From positions 728,605 to 792,604 of the forward strand of contig CAVZJB010000005.1 in NCBI GenBank assembly GCA_963775425.1: a stretch of 64,000 bases of DNA, read 5' to 3'. Shown piece after piece: positions 10,104 through 19,820 of this stretch (position 1 is the first letter of the stretch; every line of letters starts with the position of its first letter). The notes beneath the pieces are model-generated. The model was not told the origin of the DNA. It worked only from the letters and a program-made list of their open reading frames with translations, and searched no databases. Source of the DNA: an uncultured delta proteobacterium. GTDB lineage: Bacteria; Myxococcota; UBA727; VGSZ01. The translations under genes were made by a program, and so were the position numbers.

Positions 10104-10643
10104 TCAGCGGTGAAATTCCGCCACGGACTCGACGGGGTGGAGCGTCTCGTACACACGGGTCCAGGCGATGCCGACGCCGAGCTTGTCGGCGGCGACGTCG
10201 TAGAGCCACGCAGCGAGCCGCTCGCTCGTCGGCGAAAACGGGAACACGGCGACCTTCATGCCGCCGGCAAAGCGGTTCTCGGCGCCGCCGAGGCGCGTCA
10301 CCACCGCGGGCGGTCCGGCGGTGCCCATCCCTGACGGGCGCGGGCCGTGCACGGCCGCGCGGCTGTCGACGAGCTTCTTGCCGAGCGCCTCGAGCTCCGC
10401 GGCCGTCTCGTCCCACGTCGCGGCGCCGACGGCCAACGCGTGATCGAGCAGGGCGTGCGCCGGCTGCAGCACCTCGGCGACGATGCGCTTGAAGTCGACG
10501 ACGAAGCCCTCCTCGTCGAGGGACTCCGCCTCCGCGCAGATCTCGAGCTTCCACGTGTGGCCGTGCAGGTTGACGCACGCGCCGCTGTGGCCGCGCACGT
10601 GGTGCGCGAAGCTGACATCGATGCTGCGCCAGATGCGATACAC
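10104..10643 (-). CDS. queD: 6-carboxytetrahydropterin synthase / PTPS family protein
   Basis: FAHH..GHSGAC.NLHGHTW, GFVVDFK, LDH, PTSERLA, VYET; GTG start inferred. Confidence 0.82.
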   Translation of the reverse strand: MYRIWRSIDVSFAHHVRGHSGACVNLHGHTWKLEICAEAESLDEEGFVVDFKRIVAEVLQPAHALLDHALAVGAATWDETAAELEALGKKLVDSRAAVHGPRPSGMGTAGPPAVVTRLGGAENRFAGGMKVAVFPFSPTSERLAAWLYDVAADKLGVGIAWTRVYETLHPVESVAEFHR

Positions 10644-10697
10644 GCCCGGCAGCCTGGCATCTCGCTCGCCGCCCGCAACGGGGTTACTCTCGCTGCC

Positions 10698-12263
10698 GTG
10701 AACGCCGCCGCCGCCGTCGTCTTCGTGCTCCTGGCCGGACAGGTGCATTTCCCCTCGGACGAGCCCGCCGATCCGTTCGCCGGCAAGACCGAGGCCGACG
10801 CGCTCGCGTCGCTGCGCTCCCTCGAGGCGCGGCTCTCCCTCGGGCAGACGGCGCCGCCGGCGGAGGCGGCGCAGCTCGTCGCCGCGCTGCACGCGAGCCC
10901 GTACACGTCGGTGCGCGCGCTGTCGGGCGCGGTGCTCGCGTGGCTCGACCCGTCCACCGCGCAGAAGCCTCTCGTCGACGCGCTCAAGGACAAAGAGCCC
11001 CGCGTGCGCGCCGTCGCCGCGCAGTCGCTCCTGTCGCTCGCCCGCCGCTTCGACGAGGAGCAGCGGCGCGACGTCGTCACCGCTGCGCTCGCCGCCCTCG
11101 ACGACCCCTCCGACGAGGTCGCCTGCGCCGCCAGCGAGCTCCTGGGCGCGCTGTCGCCGTCGGCGGCGGCGGACGCCATGCGCGCGCGCGCCGATCACGC
11201 CGACGACGTCCGCTACGCCTGCTTCAGCCGCGTCGCCGGCCTGCCCACGCGCGCGGTGGAGCTGCCGCCGCTGCCGTCGTTGGCGCCGGAGAAGCCGGAG
11301 GAGCCCAAGAAGTCCCCCGCGCCGCGCCCGGAGAAGCCCGCGGCGCCGCCCGACGACGGCACGTGGTTGTTCGTCGGCGCGGCGGCGTCGGCAGGGCTCG
11401 TGGCGGGAGGCGTCCTGCCGAGCGCGTTCCTGCCGTCGCGCGACGTGCTGCTCTACACGGAGGCGCGGACCAAGCTGACCCACGAGGAGGTCGCCTTTCC
11501 GTCGCAGGCCGGGGCCGGCCTCCTCGGCGCGGCGGCGCTCGGCGGCGGCGCATACGCGCTGTCGACGTTCGTCAGGCCGCTGTCCCTCGACGAGGCCGGC
11601 GCCGTCGCCATCGGCGCGGGCGCGCTCGGTCTCGCGGGCGCGTCGTCGCAGCTCGCGTTCGCGCTGCGCGAGGGGCCGGCGTCGTTCGTCATCGCGGGCA
11701 GCCTCGTGGCCGGCGTCTTCGGCTCGGCCGGGCTCGCCTACGGCTTCAGGCTCGACGCCGACGACGAGGTGCTCGCGGCGTCGTTCGCGGGCGTGGGCGC
11801 GCTCGCGGCGGGGACCGCGGTGTTCGCGGCGGTGCCCGTGGGCCTCGCCAACGTCGGCGGCGCGCAGCGCATCGACTTCGGCCTCGGCGTCATCGGCCTG
11901 GGCGCCGGCGCCACGTCGTTTTTCGCCCTCGCGAGCGGCGCGTTCCTCGACGTGAGGCCGGCGCGATCGTTCGCCATCCTCGCCGGCGCCGCGGCCGGGG
12001 GCGGGCTCGGCCTCGCGGGCGGCTTCCTGTTGACGCCCACCAGCGACGTCAAGTCGCGCATCGCCTGCGGCATCGGCCTCGGTGGCGAGCTCCTCGGCAT
12101 CACCGCGGCCCTCCTCGTCCCCGACGATTGGCTGCCGCACGACGTCGTCCCGGCCGTGGGCACCGCCGTGTCCGTCGACGGCGGCAAGGTCGCGCTCGGC
12201 ATTCCCCTGATCGTCGCCGTCGACGACGGCGTCGGCGCCACGCTCGTGCGCGCGCGGTTTTGA
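10698..12263 (+). CDS. HEAT-repeat domain plus Gly/Ala-rich multi-TM protein
   Basis: ALKDKEPRVRAVAA and ALDDPSDEVACAAS HEAT-like repeats, Pro-rich linker, hydrophobic C-terminal half. Confidence 0.7.
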   Translation: MNAAAAVVFVLLAGQVHFPSDEPADPFAGKTEADALASLRSLEARLSLGQTAPPAEAAQLVAALHASPYTSVRALSGAVLAWLDPSTAQKPLVDALKDKEPRVRAVAAQSLLSLARRFDEEQRRDVVTAALAALDDPSDEVACAASELLGALSPSAAADAMRARADHADDVRYACFSRVAGLPTRAVELPPLPSLAPEKPEEPKKSPAPRPEKPAAPPDDGTWLFVGAAASAGLVAGGVLPSAFLPSRDVLLYTEARTKLTHEEVAFPSQAGAGLLGAAALGGGAYALSTFVRPLSLDEAGAVAIGAGALGLAGASSQLAFALREGPASFVIAGSLVAGVFGSAGLAYGFRLDADDEVLAASFAGVGALAAGTAVFAAVPVGLANVGGAQRIDFGLGVIGLGAGATSFFALASGAFLDVRPARSFAILAGAAAGGGLGLAGGFLLTPTSDVKSRIACGIGLGGELLGITAALLVPDDWLPHDVVPAVGTAVSVDGGKVALGIPLIVAVDDGVGATLVRARF

Positions 12264-12264
12264 G

Positions 12265-12738
12265 GTGAAGCGCTTTTCGCGCCCTCTCGGCGGAGTCGCG
12301 TGCGCCGCCGCGAGCGTCGCCCTGTGCGCCTGCGCGCCCGCCGGCGACGGCCCCGGCGAGACGGTGGCCACCATCCAGGTGTTCACGCCGCTGCCGGCCT
12401 CGCTCACGCCGACGACGCCGCTCACCTTCCACCTCGAGCTCATCGCGCCCGGCGACGCGCAGCTCTCGGCGCGCTTGCACTTCCTGGGCGCGCACCGCGA
12501 CGACACCCTCGACCTGACGCCGACGGACGGGCCGGCTCGCTCCGCCAACCTCCAGGTGGAGGCCGGCGACCTCGGCGTCGACGAGCAGACCTTCATCGGC
12601 GCCACGCCGGTGGCCATCTTCCAAGACGCCGAAGACGAGGGGGACGAGCTCGACTACCTCGTGGCCACGCCGGCCGAAGAGGGCCTCGTCGACGTGCGGC
12701 GCTCGCGCCCCGACGAAGCGCCGCCGAGCCGAACGTGA
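12265..12738 (+). CDS. Hypothetical lipoprotein
   Basis: Signal peptide ending LCAC; starts 1 nt after the upstream stop. Confidence 0.6.
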   Translation: MKRFSRPLGGVACAAASVALCACAPAGDGPGETVATIQVFTPLPASLTPTTPLTFHLELIAPGDAQLSARLHFLGAHRDDTLDLTPTDGPARSANLQVEAGDLGVDEQTFIGATPVAIFQDAEDEGDELDYLVATPAEEGLVDVRRSRPDEAPPSRT

Positions 12739-12788
12739 GGGCGCCGGCGGCGTTGGCGCTCGCTCGTTGGCGGGGTAGACAAGGGACC

Positions 12789-14291
12789 ATGTGGAGCAGA
12801 TGCATCCCCGTCGTCGCCGCCGTCGCCGTCACCGGCGTTGTCGTCGCAGGCGCGTGCCAGACGGCGGCGCCGGCCCCGCAGGTGGTCGCCGCGCCGGCCG
12901 CTCCGCCGCCGCCCGACGTCGATGCCGCCGCGCTGTGCCAGGTGAAGGCCGAGATCGACGACGCCGCGAGCCGCTTGAAGCTCGCCGAGCTGCGCACCCG
13001 CCTCGAGCGAAGGGCGCCCACCGACCGGGCCGCGCAGTTCGGCGCGTACCTGAGCATCCAAAACGAGCAGGACCGCTTCCACGCGTTCCACGACGACGGC
13101 GTGCAGCACCCCGCGAGCGCGGTGGGCCCGCTCGGCGAGTGCTTCGTGTACTCCGCGTGGAAGATGGGCGACCAGGCCACCGGCCGCTGCCAGATGGCCG
13201 ACGACCGCCTGCAGGGCGCCGCCATCGTCGACGTCGCCCGCGCCGAGCTCAACCGCAAGAAGGGCGCGCTCGACCAGGCGCAGACCCTCATCGACAACGC
13301 CCTGTCCAACGACGCCGGCTGCGCGGCCGCGCTCATCGAGGCCGCGCGCATCCAGCAGGCGAGGGGTGACAACGACAAGGCGCTCGCGCAGTGGGAGCGC
13401 GCGCGCAAGGCGTGGCCGGGCTGCTTCCTGTGCGCCGTCGAGGCCGCCAAGCTCACCGAGCGCGGCAGCGGCGGCAAGCAGGCGGCGGTGCCGCTGTGGG
13501 AGGCGGCCCTCGCGCTCCAGCCGGACTCGGGCGAGGCGCTCAAGCGCTACGGCGCCGCGCTCGCGGGCAGCGACGACGACAAGGCGCTCGCGGCCTACGA
13601 GCGGGCCATCGCCGCCGGCCAGAACGACGTCGCCACGTACATGGGCGCGGCGCAGCTCGCGGCCGGCAAGGGCGACGTCGACAAGGCGATGGCGCTCGCC
13701 GAGGAGGCCGCCAAGGTCCAGCCCAACGAGATCGACGCGTGGCGCGAGGTGCTCGCGCTCGCGCAGAACAAGGGCGACGGCGACAGGGCGGTGGCGGCGG
13801 CCAAGGAGATCCTGCGGCTCGTCGACGAAGACGTGCCCGCGCTCCTGGTGCTCGGCGCCGACGCCCGCGCCAAGGGCGACCTCGTGAACGCCGTCATCCG
13901 CTACGACAAGGCCGCCGCCGCCATCGCCGCCGGCCGCACCGGCTCCCTCCCCGCCGACGCGCTCGAGAAGGCCAAGGCCGATCACGACCAGCTCTTGAAG
14001 GATCTGAACGTCGCGGACCGGCCCGCCAAGGGCAGCGCCGGCGGCGTGGTGAGCGCGGTGAAACGAACGGTGCAGGGCCTGTACGTCTCGCGGCTCAAGA
14101 AAAAGAAGGGCATGAAGGGGAGTATCGAGGTGGCCGTGGTGGTTTCCGAGGCCGGCACGGTGGACGACGTCGAGATCACCAAGGACACTCTCGGCGACCC
14201 CCCGGTCACCGCCAGCGTCGTCGCGAACCTCCGGCGGGCGACGATCACGGGCGGGGCAAAACGGTATTCGTTTCAAATGGACTTCCAATGA
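12789..14291 (+). CDS. TPR lipoprotein with C-terminal TonB-C/AgmX-PglI-like domain
   Basis: Lipobox AGAC, TPR-like helical repeats, C-terminal LY..RLK..GMKGSIEV.V.VSEAG.V..VEI..DTLGDP.V. Confidence 0.72.
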   Translation: MWSRCIPVVAAVAVTGVVVAGACQTAAPAPQVVAAPAAPPPPDVDAAALCQVKAEIDDAASRLKLAELRTRLERRAPTDRAAQFGAYLSIQNEQDRFHAFHDDGVQHPASAVGPLGECFVYSAWKMGDQATGRCQMADDRLQGAAIVDVARAELNRKKGALDQAQTLIDNALSNDAGCAAALIEAARIQQARGDNDKALAQWERARKAWPGCFLCAVEAAKLTERGSGGKQAAVPLWEAALALQPDSGEALKRYGAALAGSDDDKALAAYERAIAAGQNDVATYMGAAQLAAGKGDVDKAMALAEEAAKVQPNEIDAWREVLALAQNKGDGDRAVAAAKEILRLVDEDVPALLVLGADARAKGDLVNAVIRYDKAAAAIAAGRTGSLPADALEKAKADHDQLLKDLNVADRPAKGSAGGVVSAVKRTVQGLYVSRLKKKKGMKGSIEVAVVVSEAGTVDDVEITKDTLGDPPVTASVVANLRRATITGGAKRYSFQMDFQ

Positions 14292-15382
14292 GCAGCCTCG
14301 AGAAGAAGATCGGCGTCTCCGTGGTCAAGCACGAGACCAAGAAGGTGCCGAAGCGCCCCATGCGCGTGGCCGTCGTCGGCGCCACCGGTGTGGTCGGTCG
14401 GGAGACGCTCTCCATCCTCCACGCGCGCGCGTTCCCGCTGCGGTCCTTGACGGCGTACGCCTCGGAGCGCTCCGCCGGGGAGCGCGTGCCGTTCGGCGAC
14501 AGCGAGCTCGAGGTGAAGAAGCTCGAGGGTGACGCGTTCAAGGACACGGACCTCGTGTTCTTCGCCGCGTCCGGCGGCATCTCGAAGACGTGGGCGCCGC
14601 GGGCGGCGGAGGCGGGAGCCGTGTGCATCGACAAGTCGTCGAGCTTCCGCATGGATCCCGACGTGCCGCTGGTCGTCCCCGAGGTGAACGGCTACGCCCT
14701 CGCGGACTTCAAGAAGAAGCGCATCATCGCCACGCCCAACTGCTCGACCATCCAGATGGTGCAGGCGTTGGCGCCGTTGCACAGGAAGGCCCGCGTCGAG
14801 CGCGTGGTCGTCTGCACCTACCAGGCCGTGAGCGGCGCCGGCCGCGGCGGCATCGACGAGCTCGAGACGCAGGTGCGCGACATGTTCAATCTGCGCGAGC
14901 CCAAGATCGCCGTGTTCGATCAGCGCATCGCGTTCAACGCGTTGCCGCGCATCCCGGCCAAGGACCCCATCCCCGCCGACGGCACCACCGGCGAAGAGAA
15001 GAAGATGATCGAGGAGACCAGGAAGATCCTCGAGGCGCCGGCCATGCGCGTGGGTGTCACGTGCGTGCGCGTGCCGGTGTTCAACGCGCACTCGGAGGCC
15101 GTGCACGTCGAGCTGTCGCAGGCGCTGTCGGCGGAGGAGGCGCGCGCTCTCATCGGCGCCGAGCCCAACGTCCTCGTCGTCGACGACCGCGCGCTCGGCC
15201 TGTACCCCACGGCGGAGGACGCGAGCGGCGAGGACAAGACCCTCGTCGGGCGCGTCCGCCAGGACGACAGCGTGCCCGACGGCAAGGGCATCGCCTTCTG
15301 GGTGGTGAGCGACAACCTGCGCACGGGCGCCGCGCTCAACGCCGTTCGCATCGCGGAGGCCTTGTGCGCAGAACACCTCTGA
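14288..15382 (+). CDS. asd: Aspartate-semialdehyde dehydrogenase
   Basis: GATGVVG, VVPEVN, PNCST, YQAVSGAG, CVRVPV, DNLRTGAALNA. Confidence 0.97.
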   Translation: MSSLEKKIGVSVVKHETKKVPKRPMRVAVVGATGVVGRETLSILHARAFPLRSLTAYASERSAGERVPFGDSELEVKKLEGDAFKDTDLVFFAASGGISKTWAPRAAEAGAVCIDKSSSFRMDPDVPLVVPEVNGYALADFKKKRIIATPNCSTIQMVQALAPLHRKARVERVVVCTYQAVSGAGRGGIDELETQVRDMFNLREPKIAVFDQRIAFNALPRIPAKDPIPADGTTGEEKKMIEETRKILEAPAMRVGVTCVRVPVFNAHSEAVHVELSQALSAEEARALIGAEPNVLVVDDRALGLYPTAEDASGEDKTLVGRVRQDDSVPDGKGIAFWVVSDNLRTGAALNAVRIAEALCAEHL

Positions 15383-17254
15383 CCACGCAAGCGGCGGTGC
15401 TCGCGTTCGCCGCCGTCGCGCTCGCGTCCGCCGCGGGGCACGCGGCGAGCACCGACCTGCTCCAGGTCGACGGCAACAACGACCTCCTCGGCGTCAACGG
15501 CTTCAACCGCGCCGACTGCCTCGACAACGCCGACCACAACCTCGTGCTGCGCATCGTCGACCTGACGCAGCCCACCTACACCTTGAGCTTCTTCCAGTAC
15601 CCGACGGACGGGCCGGGCGCGCCGTGCCCCACCGACCTCCTCGACCCGCTCATCGTGTCGCTCCTCCCCGAGCGCCAGATCGATCCCGTCGGCGGCGAGT
15701 TCGACATCGACGAGAACATCAGCACGGCGCACCTCCTCGGCATCGACGCCTGCGATCCCGCCAACGTCGACTTCACGGGCGTGCGCGCGAACACCTATTT
15801 CTGTTACGCGCTCACCGTCTTCCCCGGCGACACCGAGGCGGTGTTCTCCGACGGCATCGGCTTCGACTACGACACCGAGCTCCCTCCGCTGCCCACCGTC
15901 GCCAGCGTCACTCCCGCGGAGACCTCCCTCGAGATCACCGTCGACGAGCCGCCGGCCGGCAGCGGCGACGTCTTCACCTTCGTCGCCCAGTACCGCGTGT
16001 GCCCGACCTCGTCGGCAGGCGAGGGCGAGGGCGAGGGAGAAGGGGAAGGGCGAGGGCGAGGGCGAGGGCGAGGGCGAGGGCGACGGCGACGCGCTGTGCG
16101 GCGCCACCGGCGACTTCCACGAGGCGACCTCCGAAAACGACCCGGTCATCGACATCGGCTCTCTCCCCAAGGAGAGCGACGTCGAATTCCGCGTGCTGCT
16201 CGAGGACGACTTCGGCAACCGCGGGCCGGCCACGGAGCTGCAGATCGCCTCCACCATCCCCTCCGTCACCGCGCTCGACCTCTACGACGGCGGCGGCAGC
16301 GCCATCTCCTGCAGCCCCTCCTGCGACGACACGGCGTCGTCGACGTCGACGGCGTCGGGCCTCGCGGCGGTGCTGTTCTTCCTCTCGCGCCGCGGCCGCC
16401 GCCTCTTGCGCCGCGCGGGCCGGCTCGCCCGCCGCCGCATCACCGGCGAGACCGGCCGGGGGCCGCGGTCTGCGGGGCCGCCGGGAGCGCTCGTGCTGCT
16501 GCTCGTGGCGGGCGCCCTCGGGGCGGCCGCGCCGGCGCGCGCGGACCTCGGGCAGCTCACGGTGGGGATGGGCATCTCGCCGTACAAGCCCGCCATCGAC
16601 AGCGAGACGGTCGGCGGCAAGGCCATCTTCCCCATCTACCAGTGCATCTATGACGACAAGACGCTCACCGAGATCGGCGGCGAGGTGGACGAGCACCTGC
16701 TCGATCAGTTCGGCAGCCTCCAGGTGTCCATCGGCTTGTCCGCCACGCAGGCGCAGGGGCACGCGCAGTCCACCGCCATCCTCACGACGCACAAGTGCGG
16801 CGCGCAGACCAAGACCGACGTACAGCTCACGATGGCCAAGCTCCGCCCCGGCATCACCTATCGCCTCGATCCGCTGCTCGACCTCTACGGCGTGCCCCTC
16901 GTGCCCTATGCGCGGCTCGGCCTCGTCGTCGAGGGCTACGCCTTCACCAGCGGTGGCGCGTTCGAGACGGGCAAGAGCGTGGACCCGGTGGGCGTCCGCT
17001 TTGGCTGGGAGGCCGCGGGCGGCCTGATGCTCGCCCTCGACTTCCTCGACTCGATCAATCCGTTCCTCCCCGACACCACGCGCCGCGGCCGGGCCAACGG
17101 CACCTTCAATCACACGTTCCTCTTCGCGGAGGCGGCGTGGCAGCCGGTGGACTCGTTCGGCACCAAGGGCTTCGTGTTCTCGAACGACGACACCTTCATC
17201 GGTACGGGCCAGCCGATCCTGTGGACGCTCGGGATCGCCGTCGAGCTCTTGTGA
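15364..17254 (+). CDS. Frameshifted fusion: exported Cys-rich/FN3-like domain with (GE)n and internal MYXO-CTERM-like anchor (MXAN_2561-like), joined to an outer-membrane beta-barrel (MXAN_2562-like)
   Basis: GGAGG then GTG15364 and signal peptide; frame shifts at GGG 16048-16050 inside the (GE)n tract; removing one G gives a 629-aa ORF ending WTLGIAVELL. Confidence 0.72.
16018..16081 (+). repeat. (Gly-Glu)10 coding repeat containing a frameshift
   Basis: GGCGAG-type hexamers with one extra G at 16048-16050. Confidence 0.9.
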
Positions 17255-18159
17255 CCCATCGGCGGCTGGGGATCGTCCTCGCGTCGCCGCTGCTCCTGGC
17301 GCTCGCGTTCTCCTGGGTGCGGCTCGCCGGCGCGCTCTTCGACGTGCCGAGCGACGAGGACTACGTCGTGGCGCGCAAGATCCTGGACGAAGCCGGCTTC
17401 GACCGGCAGCGCGACGCGCTCGTGATCCTCCCGCCCTGGTCCCTGCGCCCTCTCAAGACCGTCGGGGACCTCGATCCCATCTCCGGCGACGACATCGCCC
17501 ACCGTCCGCTCCACCGCTACGCGCGCCTGTGGGCGCTGGTGGAGCCCGGGGCCGAGCGCGATCACCGGACGCTCGTCGAGCGGCGGGGGGCGCCGGCGTT
17601 TTCGCGCAAGGCCGGCCGCGTCACGGTGGAGCGCTTCGACCTGCCGGCGCCGTCGGTGGTCTACGACCTGCGCGAGCACATCGGGGACGCGTCGGTGCGC
17701 ATCGTCGACGACAGCGACGTCGCCGAACCGTGCACCATCCCCATCGACGGTGGCGTGTCGTGCGGGCGTGAGCCGTGGCAGCGCGTGAACCGCGCGTGGC
17801 TCCTCGTGAGCGAGAACGCCGACGACGCCGTCTGGTCGCACCCGCCGCCGCGGGGAAAGCGCCTCGAGATCTCCTGGAAGGACGTGCCCATCGGCAGCGC
17901 GGTCGTGGTGCAGGCGGGCTTCCTCCGCGAGGGCGCCGACGCGGCCAAGGCGGCGGTGCGCCTGCGGGTGCTGGTCGACGGCGAGGTCGCGGGCACGGTG
18001 ATCAGGAAGCCCGAGGCGCTCGGCGGAACGTTCTCGTTCTACGCCGACGTCGTCAGCACGGCGCAGTTCCAGGGGAGGACCGCCACGCTCACCTTCGTCG
18101 TCGACACCGACGACAACGCCAGCGCCCACTTCGCCTGGGACGCCACGGTGGTCCGATGA
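17251..18159 (+). CDS. Hypothetical membrane-anchored protein with C-terminal beta-sandwich-like domain
   Basis: GTGA overlap with upstream gene, N-terminal TM, WSHPP..beta-rich C-terminus. Confidence 0.7.
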   Translation: MTHRRLGIVLASPLLLALAFSWVRLAGALFDVPSDEDYVVARKILDEAGFDRQRDALVILPPWSLRPLKTVGDLDPISGDDIAHRPLHRYARLWALVEPGAERDHRTLVERRGAPAFSRKAGRVTVERFDLPAPSVVYDLREHIGDASVRIVDDSDVAEPCTIPIDGGVSCGREPWQRVNRAWLLVSENADDAVWSHPPPRGKRLEISWKDVPIGSAVVVQAGFLREGADAAKAAVRLRVLVDGEVAGTVIRKPEALGGTFSFYADVVSTAQFQGRTATLTFVVDTDDNASAHFAWDATVVR

Positions 18160-19820
18160 ACGCGGGCGTGGCGCGGCGGCTCGTCCGCCCCGCGGGGCCA
18201 CCGCGCGCCGACGTCGTCGTGGCGCTCTCGCTCGGGGTGGCGACCACCGTCCTCGTCGGGGTCACCGCGCAGAGCCTGGGGTTCACGCGCGACGAGGGCT
18301 ACTACTTCAAGGCCGCCGAGCTGTACTGGGGCTGGTTCCGCGAGCTGTTCACGCACCCGTCGCTCGCGCTGACGGCGGCGGGCATCGACCAGCACTGGTC
18401 GTACAACCACGAGCACCCCGCGCTGTTGAAGACGCTCTTCGCGCTCTCGTACGGCGCACGCGAGGTGCTCGGCTTGCCGGTGCAGGTGCACAACGCGCTG
18501 CGGTTCCCCGCCTGGTGCGTGGCCGGCTTCACCACCGTCCTCGTCTACGCGTTCGCGCGCTCGCTGCTCCCGCGGCGCGCCGCCGTCATCGCTGCGCTCA
18601 TGTGGGTCGCGATGCCGCGCGTCTTCTGGCACATGCACCTGTCGTGCTTCGACGTCGGCGTCGCCGGCGCGCACGTCGCGCTCGTGCTCGCCTACTGGCG
18701 GTGGCGAAGGACGGTGCGCGGCGCGCTCGCCGTCGGCGTCGTCTTCGGCCTGTGCGCGGCCGTGAAGCACAACGTGCTGCCGGTGCCGGCCATCCTCGTG
18801 CTCCACTGGGTCCTCGTCGAGGCCAAGGGGTCGCGGCGCATCCCGCTCGCGTTCTTCTCGATGGCGTTCGTGGGGCCCCTCGTCTACCTCGCGCACTGGC
18901 CGTGGCTGTGGCCGCATCCCCTCGAGCGGTTCGGCGCGTACGTCGCCTACCACCTGAGCCACGAGAACTACCCGATCCTCTACTTCGGCGATCTCCTCAC
19001 GCACCCGCCGTTCCCCTTCGCGTTCCCGTTCGTGATGTCGGCGGTGACCATCCCCGTGCCCATCCTGTGCGCGCTGGTCCTCGGCTTCTGCCTCGCGGTC
19101 GCCGTCGTCGTGCGCCTCGCCGTGCGGCGCATGAGCCGCGGCGCCACCAAGGGGGAGGCCGAGCTGACCATGGTCCCGCTCGGCGACGTCTCGCGGGACC
19201 CGTCCGCCTCCGCAGCGCTCATGCTGCTCCTGAACGCGCTGTACCCCTTTGTGCTCATCGCGCTGCCCACCACACCCATCTTCGGCGGCACCAAGCACTG
19301 GATGAACGGGCTCCCGTTCCTCTGCATCCTCGGGGCGTGGGCCCTCGAGGAGGCCGCGCGGCGGCTCGAGGTGAGGCGCGCGTTCGCCGCGCTCGCCGTC
19401 TTTGTGGTGCTGCCCGGCGTCATCATCAGCGCGCGCACGTGGCCCTACGGGCTCGGGGCGTACAACGAGCTCATCGGCTTCGCCCGCGGGGCCGCCACCG
19501 TCGGGATGCAGCGCACGTTCTGGGGGTACGAGCCCATGGCCGCGCTCCCGTTCATCAACGACAAGACGCCGCGCGGGGGCCGCATCCACTTCGGCGACAC
19601 CAACCACGACGACTGGCGCATGTACCGCCGCGACCATCTCTTGCGGGAGGACATCGACTTTTCGGGGACGGTGCGGGGCGCCGCGGTGGCCTCGGTGCAG
19701 CCGCAGGGAGAGTTCAAAGAGCAGTGGATGGACGTGTGGAACGAGTGGAAGGATCGGACGCCCGACGTGGTGCTCGGACCGGAGGGCGTCCCCTTCTTGA
19801 CGGTTACGCTGCATGAGTGA
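18156..19820 (+). CDS. GT-C fold glycosyltransferase (family 39 / PMT-ArnT-like)
   Basis: TRDEGYY acidic motif after TM1, NHEHPALLK, multiple TMs; ATGA coupling. Confidence 0.83.
   Translation: MNAGVARRLVRPAGPPRADVVVALSLGVATTVLVGVTAQSLGFTRDEGYYFKAAELYWGWFRELFTHPSLALTAAGIDQHWSYNHEHPALLKTLFALSYGAREVLGLPVQVHNALRFPAWCVAGFTTVLVYAFARSLLPRRAAVIAALMWVAMPRVFWHMHLSCFDVGVAGAHVALVLAYWRWRRTVRGALAVGVVFGLCAAVKHNVLPVPAILVLHWVLVEAKGSRRIPLAFFSMAFVGPLVYLAHWPWLWPHPLERFGAYVAYHLSHENYPILYFGDLLTHPPFPFAFPFVMSAVTIPVPILCALVLGFCLAVAVVVRLAVRRMSRGATKGEAELTMVPLGDVSRDPSASAALMLLLNALYPFVLIALPTTPIFGGTKHWMNGLPFLCILGAWALEEAARRLEVRRAFAALAVFVVLPGVIISARTWPYGLGAYNELIGFARGAATVGMQRTFWGYEPMAALPFINDKTPRGGRIHFGDTNHDDWRMYRRDHLLREDIDFSGTVRGAAVASVQPQGEFKEQWMDVWNEWKDRTPDVVLGPEGVPFLTVTLHE

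Noticed and set aside
16048-16090. RG-repeat RNA-binding motif in ORF 14590-16653
   Set aside because: Produced by the single-base frameshift in the GE tract.
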